From: Gammaproteobacteria bacterium
Lineage (GTDB): Bacteria > Pseudomonadota > Gammaproteobacteria > Eutrophobiales > Eutrophobiaceae
NCBI GenBank assembly: GCA_965116495.1
Contig: OZ220696.1
Coordinates: forward strand, 4,000,001 to 4,064,000
Reading direction: 5' to 3'
DNA length: 64,000 nucleotides
Within the stretch, counting starts at the first letter, position 1. Each line of letters opens with the position of its first letter. This document shows, piece after piece, positions 17,362 through 25,565 of this stretch. Made by a program: the position numbers and the translations under genes. The notes beneath the pieces were generated by a model that worked only from the letters and a program-made list of their open reading frames with translations, was not told the DNA's origin and did no database searches.

Positions 17362-19566
17362 ATGATCGATAAACGCTGGAACCTGCCTGGCGGCGTTCGG
17401 CCGGCGTTAATCATTGCCGGACTCATGGCGGAATTTGCCTTGCCCGTCTTTCCCGCGTCCGCGCAAACACAAGCGTCAAGCATGGAAGAGATCGTCGTGA
17501 GCGCGCGCAAACGCGAGGAATCCCTGCACGAGGTTCCGAATGCGATCACCGTACTACAGGAACAGGACCTGCGTCAGCGCGGGATCACCGAGCTTAACCA
17601 GGTCGAGAAATTCGCGCCCAACGTGGTTCAGACAAACTTCGGCCAGGGCAACACGGGGCACGCGGCCATATTCATGCGCGGCGCCGGGTTGCAGGACCAC
17701 ATCATCACTACGGATCCGTCCGTGGGCATCTACCTGGACGGGGTGTACCTGGGGCGCAACATGGGCGCCAACATGGACCTGATGAATATTGAACGGGTCG
17801 AGGTGGCGCGCGGCCCCCAGGGCAGCCTGTCAGGCCGCAATACCCTGGGCGGCGCCCTGCACATCGTCACCAGGGAGCCTGCAGGAGACAATAGCGCACG
17901 CCTCGATATCAAAGCCGGCAGTCTCGGGCGCATTGACGGACACCTGTTTGCTGATGTGGCGTTGGCCGAGACGCTCTCCGTCGCGGTCTCGGCCGGCGCC
18001 AAGTCCCGTAACGGAACGGGCAAAGCTTTATTGATTGAAGACCCCGACGCGGATATCGGTGAAATCTTGCGCGGCTTCGGTCGCGTCGCGCTGCTCTGGG
18101 AGGCGTCTGATACGCTGAGTTTCCTGGCAACGGCTGATCTTGCCCGTTCAGACCAGGGGGTGGCGCCGCATGCAGTCGAAGTTTTCAACGTCCCCAACGG
18201 CTTCGGACTCCGCCCTGAAGATCAGCCGGCGGACCCTGATGATACCTTTTCCGTAAACGACGATTTGACCGCTACGGAAGACCGGACCCTGGGGGTCTCG
18301 CTGACCGCCGACTGGAACATTTCGGACCGGCTGGATCTCAGGGCGATCCTCAGCTATCGCGATATGTGGTATGAGGGGGGGCTGGACAATGAGAAGGTTA
18401 GAGCGACCTTGATCGAGTTTCCCGAACGCGGCGAAGCTGACCAAGCAACGGTAGAGATACAGTTGCGCGGCAGCGCCGGTTGGGGCGACTGGATTGCCGG
18501 TTTCTACGCCTTTGACGAAGACGGGTACAACGACAGTCCGTTTGTATTCCGCGCCGGCGGGCTGGCGGACGGCCGACCGGAAGTGATACCGACCCGCGAT
18601 TTTGACGGGAGGCTCTACCTGGAGCAGGAGACCAGCAGCAGGGCCGGTTTCGGCCACGCCAATATCGATCTCGACGAGCGCTGGGTCCTGGGCCTGGGCG
18701 CCCGTTACACCCACGATAAGAAAGACGCCCTGGCATCCCTGCATTACTTTCCGGCGCCGGCGCAGCGCGGGGACGACTGGGATGAATTCAGCGGCGATGC
18801 AACGCTTTCGTACCGCATTGCCGAGAACCTCAACACCTATATCAGCTACGCGCGCGGGTACCAGGCCGGCGGCTACCCGCCCCGCCCCTTCGCCGGCGCG
18901 GCCACGTTTGTCGCCTTCGACCCCACCTTTGCCGACTCGTTTGAACTCGGCGCAAAAGGCGCCTGGGGCAGCCGCCTGTGGCTGCACGCCGCCCTGTTCC
19001 ACGTCCGCTACCGGGACCTGGCGGTGCAGAGCAATGAATTGATCGACGATGGCTTTCTCACCCTGACCCAGAACGCCGCCGAATCCGAAGCCACGGGCTT
19101 GGAACTGGAAGGCCGCTTGCAGCTTGCAGGCGCTTTTGACATCCACTTCACCCTGGGCTATATCGATGTCGAGATATCCGAAGTGGACGAGGGAGTGCAA
19201 GGCATCGGCAAGGGCGACAGGCCGGCGCTGACGCCTGAATTGACCGTTTCATTGTCGCCCCGCTACGCCCACGACCTGCCCGGCGGCGCTACACTGGAGT
19301 CGCGCCTGGACTACTACCACCGGGGCGGGATGTTCGGCCAACCGGTCAATACGCCGCTCAACAAAATCGAGGCGGTTGACCGGCTCAACGCCTCCCTGAC
19401 CTGGACCAGCCCGAAGCGCGCCTGGAGCATCTCCCTGTACGGCGACAATCTCACCAACGAAGTCTATCCCCTGGCCAAACTGGACATCGACCCCACGACC
19501 CTGATCATCAACAGCAATGATCGAAGGGAATACGGGATACGCATCAGCCGGCGTTTCGGGAGTTGA
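17362..19566 (+). CDS. TonB-dependent outer-membrane receptor
   Basis: Signal peptide, EEIVVSARKREE TonB box, YLDGVY, IERVEVARGPQG and NLTNE motifs; terminal F. Confidence 0.95.
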   Translation: MIDKRWNLPGGVRPALIIAGLMAEFALPVFPASAQTQASSMEEIVVSARKREESLHEVPNAITVLQEQDLRQRGITELNQVEKFAPNVVQTNFGQGNTGHAAIFMRGAGLQDHIITTDPSVGIYLDGVYLGRNMGANMDLMNIERVEVARGPQGSLSGRNTLGGALHIVTREPAGDNSARLDIKAGSLGRIDGHLFADVALAETLSVAVSAGAKSRNGTGKALLIEDPDADIGEILRGFGRVALLWEASDTLSFLATADLARSDQGVAPHAVEVFNVPNGFGLRPEDQPADPDDTFSVNDDLTATEDRTLGVSLTADWNISDRLDLRAILSYRDMWYEGGLDNEKVRATLIEFPERGEADQATVEIQLRGSAGWGDWIAGFYAFDEDGYNDSPFVFRAGGLADGRPEVIPTRDFDGRLYLEQETSSRAGFGHANIDLDERWVLGLGARYTHDKKDALASLHYFPAPAQRGDDWDEFSGDATLSYRIAENLNTYISYARGYQAGGYPPRPFAGAATFVAFDPTFADSFELGAKGAWGSRLWLHAALFHVRYRDLAVQSNELIDDGFLTLTQNAAESEATGLELEGRLQLAGAFDIHFTLGYIDVEISEVDEGVQGIGKGDRPALTPELTVSLSPRYAHDLPGGATLESRLDYYHRGGMFGQPVNTPLNKIEAVDRLNASLTWTSPKRAWSISLYGDNLTNEVYPLAKLDIDPTTLIINSNDRREYGIRISRRFGS

Positions 19567-19625
19567 TAACAGTGGAAAAACCGCTATAGTTGAACCTGAA
19601 AAAAGCCATGACTTTGATAAATTCA

Positions 19626-19667
19626 GGGGTCAGAGTAAGAAATTCGAAGAATTTTTGCTCTGACCCC
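19626..19667. repeat. 42-bp GGGGTCAGAGTAA palindromic element, copy B
   Basis: GGGGTCAGAGTAAGAAATTCGAAGAATTTTTGCTCTGACCCC. Confidence 0.92.
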
Positions 19668-19687
19668 ATTGAATGGGGGGAGAAACC

Positions 19688-20536
19688 GTGCCGGACATAG
19701 CTTACAGAGACCTCACCGACGAAGAAATAACAGCCTACCAGGAAGAAGGCGCAGTAGTGGTGCCGCAATGCGTCGACCCGATATGGATAGAACGCATGAT
19801 CAAGGCCATAGACCGGCAGCTTGCCAGCCCCAGCGTATGGGTGCATGATACCAATCCGGGTGGGAACCAGGAACGTTTTCTCCATGACCGTTACCTGTGG
19901 CCTACCGATACGGACTTCAGGGAGTTTGCGTTCAACTCAGGGGTGGCTGAACTGGCCGCCCAGGCCATGGGGTCGGATAGCGCGCGTATCTATTTCGACC
20001 ACGTGTTCGTCAAGGAACCGAATACGCCGGAAGAGTTTTTCTGGCACCAGGACCTGCCTTACTGGCCGTTCAAGGGAGAGCAGATCTGCTCGGTCTGGCT
20101 GTCCCTGACCGACGCCGATCTCAGGTCGAGCGGCCTCGAATTCGTGCGCGGTTCACATAACTGGGACAAATGGTTCAGGCCGGTGTTGCCCGACGGCGGG
20201 GAAGACACCAGCCAGGCCGAGTGGATCGGGTCCAGTTCCGAGGAGGAAATACCTGATTTCAACGCCCTGAGGGATGATTACGAGTTCCTGTCTTACGAGA
20301 CCAGGGCAGGGGACGCCATAATCTTCAACACGTCCATCATCCACACGTCCCACGGCAATTTCTCACCCACCCGGCGGCGCCTGGCCCTGTCCACGCGCTG
20401 GCTCGGCGACGATGCCTGCTGGGACCCGCGCCCCGGTACCGACCCGATCGTGACCCAGGAGCATGTTTCCATCAGTCCCGGCGCTCCCGCCAGGGATGAG
20501 AAGGCCTTTCCACTGGTGTGGCAGGCCGAGGCCTGA
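19688..20536 (+). CDS. Phytanoyl-CoA dioxygenase (PhyH) family Fe(II)/2OG oxygenase
   Basis: WHQD, GSH, HTS..N and RRLALS motifs. Start is GTG 19688 (GGGGAG RBS) or ATG 19673. Confidence 0.92.
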   Translation: MPDIAYRDLTDEEITAYQEEGAVVVPQCVDPIWIERMIKAIDRQLASPSVWVHDTNPGGNQERFLHDRYLWPTDTDFREFAFNSGVAELAAQAMGSDSARIYFDHVFVKEPNTPEEFFWHQDLPYWPFKGEQICSVWLSLTDADLRSSGLEFVRGSHNWDKWFRPVLPDGGEDTSQAEWIGSSSEEEIPDFNALRDDYEFLSYETRAGDAIIFNTSIIHTSHGNFSPTRRRLALSTRWLGDDACWDPRPGTDPIVTQEHVSISPGAPARDEKAFPLVWQAEA

Positions 20537-20553
20537 GGGGCCAGCAGATACCT

Positions 20554-20590
20554 GGGGTCAGAGTAAGAAATTCGCCAGAATTTTTACTCT
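20554..20590. repeat. 42-bp element copy C (right arm truncated)
   Basis: GGGGTCAGAGTAAGAAATTCGCCAGAATTTTTACTCT, then diverges. Confidence 0.88.
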
Positions 20591-20632
20591 AAAGCGCGTT
20601 ACCCGGCCCGCCTGCTGGAGAACTTTCACCGT

Positions 20633-20718
20633 GAAAAATCCGCATATTATGCGGGTTTTCTCGAATGGTTTTTCCGGCAGTAAACATTCATGTTGAAAAA
20701 TCCGTATTTTAAGCGGAT
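20633..20718 (+). promoter_or_regulatory. Two related inverted repeats, likely AbiEi autorepression operators
   Basis: GAAAAATCCGCATATTATGCGGGTTTTC (20633-60) and GAAAAATCCGTATTTTAAGCGGAT (20695-718). Confidence 0.65.
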
Positions 20719-20726
20719 AATAAAGC

Positions 20727-21554
20727 ATGATTCACGATAAGCGTTCAACACTGTCATCCTATGCTTCCCGCTTGCTGTCAGAGGGGCGATTAGTCTTCTC
20801 GGCAGGCGAGGCCGAGAGGGCACTGGGAATCAGTAGGGGCGCGTTTCTGGACGCCGCCGAGCGACTCCAGCGCCGCAAGCACCTCGTCAAACCAAGACGC
20901 GGGTTCTATGTCGTGGTACCGCCCCAGTACGCGTCCTGGGGCGCCCCGCCCCCGAGTTGGTATATTGATGACCTCATGCGGCATGAAGGGCGACCGTATT
21001 ATGTCGGCCTCCTCAAGGCGGCCGAGTTGAGTGGCGCTACGCATCAGGCCGTCATGGAGTTCCAGGTTGTCACGGACAAACGGCTGCCGAAACTCCACGT
21101 TGGCAGGACTCTGATCGCTTTCTATTATCGCAAAGATCTGAAAACTGTCCTGAATGGCATAGAGGACCGCAAGACCAACACTGGCAAGATGAATGCGTCC
21201 TCCGTCGAACTCACAGCGCTCGACCTTCTGCGCTACCCCCATGCCGCCGGCGGTATGGACAACATCGTTACCGCCTTGACAGATCTCGGGCCGAAACTCA
21301 GATCACAAGAACTGGCAGAGCTTTCATCGGCGGTGGAGCGCCCGGTCATTCAGCGTCTCGGCTACCTGCTGGACCGGCTCGGACACGAGGGTCGTACCGG
21401 CTCGTTGTTCAATACGCTGTCTGGCAGCGGCGCTTTTCCGTGGGTCGAACTTGACAGCAAGGAAACCCGCCATCCTGAATTCACCTTGCCGCCACTGGAG
21501 CGTGACGAACGATGGCGCGTCATCGTTCGCCGCCCGCCGGAGATTGATGAATGA
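20727..21554 (+). CDS. Type IV toxin-antitoxin antitoxin, AbiEi family
   Basis: N-terminal wHTH-like region, RRGFYVVVPPQY, YYVGLLKAA, ELTALDL and QRLGYLLD motifs; coupled to the next gene. Confidence 0.88.
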   Translation: MIHDKRSTLSSYASRLLSEGRLVFSAGEAERALGISRGAFLDAAERLQRRKHLVKPRRGFYVVVPPQYASWGAPPPSWYIDDLMRHEGRPYYVGLLKAAELSGATHQAVMEFQVVTDKRLPKLHVGRTLIAFYYRKDLKTVLNGIEDRKTNTGKMNASSVELTALDLLRYPHAAGGMDNIVTALTDLGPKLRSQELAELSSAVERPVIQRLGYLLDRLGHEGRTGSLFNTLSGSGAFPWVELDSKETRHPEFTLPPLERDERWRVIVRRPPEIDE

Positions 21555-22411
21555 TCCCTGTGATGAACATCATTGCCTGGGGAAATGTCGTCCCTTGGGT
21601 AGAGCAACGCCAGGTTGAGCAAGATCTCATCATAAGCCGCGCACTTGTCGAGATGTTTTCCGATCCCGGGTTGTCCCGGCAACTACGATTCCGGGGTGGT
21701 ACAGCGCTTAACAAACTCCATTTTTCCCAGCCCTTTCGCTATTCGGAAGACATTGACCTCGTCAGGACCGAGGCGGGACCAGTTGGCCCCGTTCTCGATG
21801 CTATTCGAACTGCTCTTGAGCCTTGGCTGGGGCAAGCAAATTTCCGTCAAAGCGCCGTATCGCCCAGACTTTTGTTCCGGGCTGAAGCTGAAGACCGGGA
21901 GGCAGCTGCTCCGATCCGCCTGAAAGTCGAAATCAATACGCGTGAGATTGAGACGTTCGATCCGCCAGTCGCCGTTCCTTTCGAAGTAGAAAACCCCTGG
22001 TTCAGTGGAGCGGCCGAAATACCGACTTTCTCGCCCGAGGAAATGCTTGCCACGAAACTCAGGGCTCTCCTACAGAGAAACAAGGGGCGTGACCTGTTCG
22101 ATCTCGCTCATGGACTGCGCACGTTTGACGGATTGAACAAAGTACGGATCGTGGAAAGCCTGGCGTTCTATCTTAAAACATCAGGCTTGAGCATTTCACG
22201 CGCCATGGCGCAGCAGCGAATGTTTGCCAAGCTCGCAATTCCCGCTTTTCTTACGGATATGCGACCGCTAGTTCCGGCCGACCGTGCCGAAACCCTGAAC
22301 GAGGAGGCTACGAAGGACGCATTCAGGCGGGTCCTGTCGGAACTAATCGACCTCATCCCGGGCGAGGATTGGAAGGTGACTCCAGACATGATTGAGCGCT
22401 TTGCGCTTTAA
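21551..22411 (+). CDS. AbiEii/AbiGii nucleotidyltransferase toxin
   Basis: FRGGTAL, RYSEDID, KVEIN and KLRAL..R.KGRDLFD motifs. Confidence 0.92.
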   Translation: MIPVMNIIAWGNVVPWVEQRQVEQDLIISRALVEMFSDPGLSRQLRFRGGTALNKLHFSQPFRYSEDIDLVRTEAGPVGPVLDAIRTALEPWLGQANFRQSAVSPRLLFRAEAEDREAAAPIRLKVEINTREIETFDPPVAVPFEVENPWFSGAAEIPTFSPEEMLATKLRALLQRNKGRDLFDLAHGLRTFDGLNKVRIVESLAFYLKTSGLSISRAMAQQRMFAKLAIPAFLTDMRPLVPADRAETLNEEATKDAFRRVLSELIDLIPGEDWKVTPDMIERFAL

Positions 22412-22625
22412 ATCCGGGGATGCTGTATTTGCCGTCCTGTGTCTGGAGGGACAGAGTGCATTGATGGAAGGGGCCAGACGATGAGATTAAATGGATTACC
22501 CATCTACGGCGAGAACATCAGTGCATAACAGATAGCGGAAAATTGTAATATTCCGTCTAATATATGCCAGCAATCGAACTATACTGGTACATCCCTGAAC
22601 CACTTATTTTCATTTGGGGTGCAAC

Positions 22626-22874
22626 ATGGCGGGAAAAGCATTTGTCGGCGTTGCCAAACTGTTCATGAATGGTCGCAGTCAGGCTGTGAGGTTGCCGGCT
22701 GAATGCAGGTTCGATACAGACGAAGTCACTATCCAGAAACTGGGCAATACTGTGATCATCAGCCCGAAGACAAATCGCTGGGATGAATTTTTTGCAAGAG
22801 AGGCCCTGCCAGAAGACGAACGAATTCCGGATATCGAGGAGATGGAGTATGAGCAACGGGAAGTCTTTAACTGA
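22626..22874 (+). CDS. vapB: VapB/VagC antitoxin (AbrB/MazE fold)
   Basis: AKLFMNGRSQAVRLPAECRF motif. Confidence 0.9.
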   Translation: MAGKAFVGVAKLFMNGRSQAVRLPAECRFDTDEVTIQKLGNTVIISPKTNRWDEFFAREALPEDERIPDIEEMEYEQREVFN

Positions 22875-22984
22875 ATGATATGCTGATCGCGTCCCATGCC
22901 CGCAGTATTGGAGCAACATTAGTAACAAATAATATCCAGGAGTTTAACCGGGTAGAGAGTTTGCAAGTAGAGAGCTGGATCTGA
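22874..22984 (+). pseudogene. vapC: C-terminal remnant of VapC PIN-domain toxin
   Basis: Reads NDMLIASHARSIGATLVTNNIQEFNRVESLQVESWI* directly after the vapB stop; the N-terminal two-thirds is missing. Confidence 0.85.
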
Positions 22985-23021
22985 AAATTTGCGGCCCGAT
23001 TATCTTTATCTCCGGTGTTAA

Positions 23022-25108
23022 CCCAAGTTTACCAAGATTCACTGGCATTTAGTTGGATGTTGCTATTTTCTGCCGGGTTCGTCATCGTAACGCATTGATT
23101 TTTGGTGAGTGACGGGTTGTCTGGCCATTGTAGTGCCATAATATGAATATTTATATTGACATCGGTGTGGTAGAGCGGTATCCTCTCCCCCTATGTTCAT
23201 CCGCCGTACCCTCACCCGCCGTACCGACGGCCAGGCCTATTACTCCCACCGCCTGGTGCACAGTGAGCGCGCGGGCACCAAGGTGCGCCAACGCACCCTG
23301 CTGAACCTCGGCAGCGAGTTTGCTATCGACAAACAACACTGGCCGACCCTGTGCCAACGTATTGAGGCGTTGCGCCAGGGCCAGACGTCGCTGCTGGCGA
23401 GCCTGCCCGCCGGCGTGGAGAGTGCGGCACAACAGATTAGCGCCCAACTGCTGGCCCGGTCTCGACCGGACGAGACGGGAACGGCGCCGGCGTGGATGGC
23501 AGTCGATCTGGACTCGCTGGCCTTGACCCGCCCGCGCAGCGTGGGCGTGGAGCAGGTGGGGTTGTGGGCCCTGGCACAGGTGGGGCTGGACGAGTTACTC
23601 GCGGCACAGGGCGTCAATGCATCCCTGCGCGCCGCCACCATCGGCTCCATCGTGGGCCGGCTGGCGTGCCCGGCCTCGGAGCGGGCCACCCATGCCTGGT
23701 TATGCGAGCGCAGTGCCCTGGGCGAGTTGCTGGACGTGAACTTCGAACGCATGGGCGCCATGCAGTTGTACCGGGCTTCCGATGCGCTGCTCAAACACCG
23801 TGCGGTCATTGAGACACACCTGTTCGCGCAGGCCATGGACTTGTTTGACCTGGCGCCGACGGTCACCCTGTATGACCTGACCAACACCTACTACGAGGGC
23901 GAGGCCCACGGGCAGCCGCTGGCGCAGCGCGGCCATTCGAAAGAGAAACGCAGCGACTGCAAGCTGCTCACCCTGGGGCTGGTGCTCGATGCGAGCGGCT
24001 TCGTGCGCCGTTCACGGGTGTTTGCCGGCAACGTGCGCGAGGAGACCACCCTGGCCGGGATGCTGGAGGCGCTCAAGACCCCGCCGGGGGCCTTGGTCAT
24101 TCTCGACCGGGGCATCGCCACCGAGGCGCAGGTCACCTGGCTCAAGGATAACGACTACCGTTACATCGTGGTGAGCCGGGAACAACAGCGCCGGTTCGAC
24201 GTGGACGCCGCCCTGGCCCATCGTACCCGTGGGGGCGAGACGGTCCAACTGGAGCAGGTGGCCGATGCCAAGGCCGGTGAGGTGCGCCTGTACTGTTACT
24301 CGGCGGCGCGGGCCGAGAAAGAGCGCGCCATCGCCGAACGCTTCATGGCGCGCTTTGAGCAGGGCCTCAGCGCGCTGCACGAGGGCCTGTCCCGGCCGCG
24401 TACGCGCAAGCAGCCAGGCTACGTCCGGGAACGTATCGGACGCTTGAAAGCCCGCAGCCACGGCATCGGCCAGCACTATACCATCGAGGTCGACACCGAT
24501 GCCAAGGGCCAACGGGCCGTGGCCGTACGCTGGCAGCGCCAGCCGGTCACCGGCTCGATGCTCACCCACCCCGGCATCTATTGCCTGCGCAGCAACCTCA
24601 CCGACTGGGATGAGGCGCGGCTGTGGCAGACCTACACCCTGCTCACCGACATCGAAGCAGTGTTCCGCGCCTTGAAATCCGAGCTGGGATTGCGCCCCAT
24701 CTATCACCGCACGCCCCGACGCGCCGAGGGCCACCTGTTCATCACCGTCATCGCCTACCAACTGGTCCAGGTGGTCCGCCGTCGTCTGGCCGCGCACGGC
24801 GATGAATCCTGCCGCAACGCAAGTTGGACCACGCTGCGGCGCATCCTCGGCGCCCGTCAGCGGGTGACCGCCACGGTCCGGCGCAAAGACGGACGTACCG
24901 TGCACGTGCGCAAGGCCACCCGTCCGGAACCGCCGCAACAGGCCATCCTGGACGCCTTGGGAATTCGTGGACCACCCGGCGGTACGCAGAAAGAGATCGT
25001 CTGAGTACAGCGTCCGCAACATGGCGCGAATGTAGTGCCATAAGCGGAATTATGTCAATCTAACCCATTGACATATAACGATTTATTTTTTAGATTGGTA
25101 AACTTGGG
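23022..25108 (+). mobile_element. IS1634-family insertion sequence (2087 bp), apparently intact
   Basis: 14-bp TIRs CCCAAGTTTACCAA (23022-35) and TTGGTAAACTTGGG (25095-108), TTAA on both outer sides, visibly higher GC in the ORF. Confidence 0.88.
23193..25004 (+). CDS. IS1634-family DDE transposase
   Basis: LYDLTNTYYEG, GHSKEKRSD, LDRG and IEAVFRALKSELGLRPIYH motifs. Confidence 0.92.
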   Translation: MFIRRTLTRRTDGQAYYSHRLVHSERAGTKVRQRTLLNLGSEFAIDKQHWPTLCQRIEALRQGQTSLLASLPAGVESAAQQISAQLLARSRPDETGTAPAWMAVDLDSLALTRPRSVGVEQVGLWALAQVGLDELLAAQGVNASLRAATIGSIVGRLACPASERATHAWLCERSALGELLDVNFERMGAMQLYRASDALLKHRAVIETHLFAQAMDLFDLAPTVTLYDLTNTYYEGEAHGQPLAQRGHSKEKRSDCKLLTLGLVLDASGFVRRSRVFAGNVREETTLAGMLEALKTPPGALVILDRGIATEAQVTWLKDNDYRYIVVSREQQRRFDVDAALAHRTRGGETVQLEQVADAKAGEVRLYCYSAARAEKERAIAERFMARFEQGLSALHEGLSRPRTRKQPGYVRERIGRLKARSHGIGQHYTIEVDTDAKGQRAVAVRWQRQPVTGSMLTHPGIYCLRSNLTDWDEARLWQTYTLLTDIEAVFRALKSELGLRPIYHRTPRRAEGHLFITVIAYQLVQVVRRRLAAHGDESCRNASWTTLRRILGARQRVTATVRRKDGRTVHVRKATRPEPPQQAILDALGIRGPPGGTQKEIV

Positions 25109-25169
25109 TTAAGATATAACCCGAAGCGGCCCCTGAGGGGTCAGGCCAGTCCAGATTTATCTTCTGATT

Positions 25170-25457
25170 TTACGCAACGGCTGAAATCTGGTTAAGTGTC
25201 TTACCCAATATTTTACTGGCTTCTTCCAGATCATCATCACCCTGTAATCCCAACCAGAATTTTTCACTATTACCAAAATAACGGGCAAGACGTAACGCCG
25301 TGTCCGCGGTAATTGCCCGCTTGCCAAGAACGATTTCATTTATTCGTCTCGGCGGAACAGAAATATCTCTGGCCAGTTTATTCTGGCTGATACCCATCGG
25401 CTGCAAAAATTTATGGAGGAGAATATCGCCGGGATGGATATTTTTTAGTCTCGTCAT
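25170..25457 (-). CDS. higA: HigA-family antitoxin (Xre HTH)
   Basis: IHPGDIL, RRINEIVLGKRAITADTALRLARYFG and FWLGLQ motifs. Confidence 0.92.
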   Translation of the reverse strand: MTRLKNIHPGDILLHKFLQPMGISQNKLARDISVPPRRINEIVLGKRAITADTALRLARYFGNSEKFWLGLQGDDDLEEASKILGKTLNQISAVA

Positions 25458-25466
25458 CTGTTTCAC

Positions 25467-25514
25467 CTAATGATAATCAACGATTTCAACTTGATATGCA
25501 TTGCAGCCAAAACA
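25467..25514 (-). pseudogene. higB: C-terminal stub of HigB toxin
   Basis: Minus strand reads CFGCNAYQVEIVDYH* just upstream of higA. VEIVDYH is the typical HigB terminus; an in-frame stop lies a few codons further upstream. Confidence 0.75.
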
Positions 25515-25565
25515 GGGAAATTCTTAAACCGCAGGTGGATCAGGTTACGGGGAGAGGGTCAATGC

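Noticed and set aside
17284-20590. Integron attC sites
   Set aside because: No RYYYAAC/GTTRRRY ends, mixed orientation and no intI in the window; kept only as an analogy.
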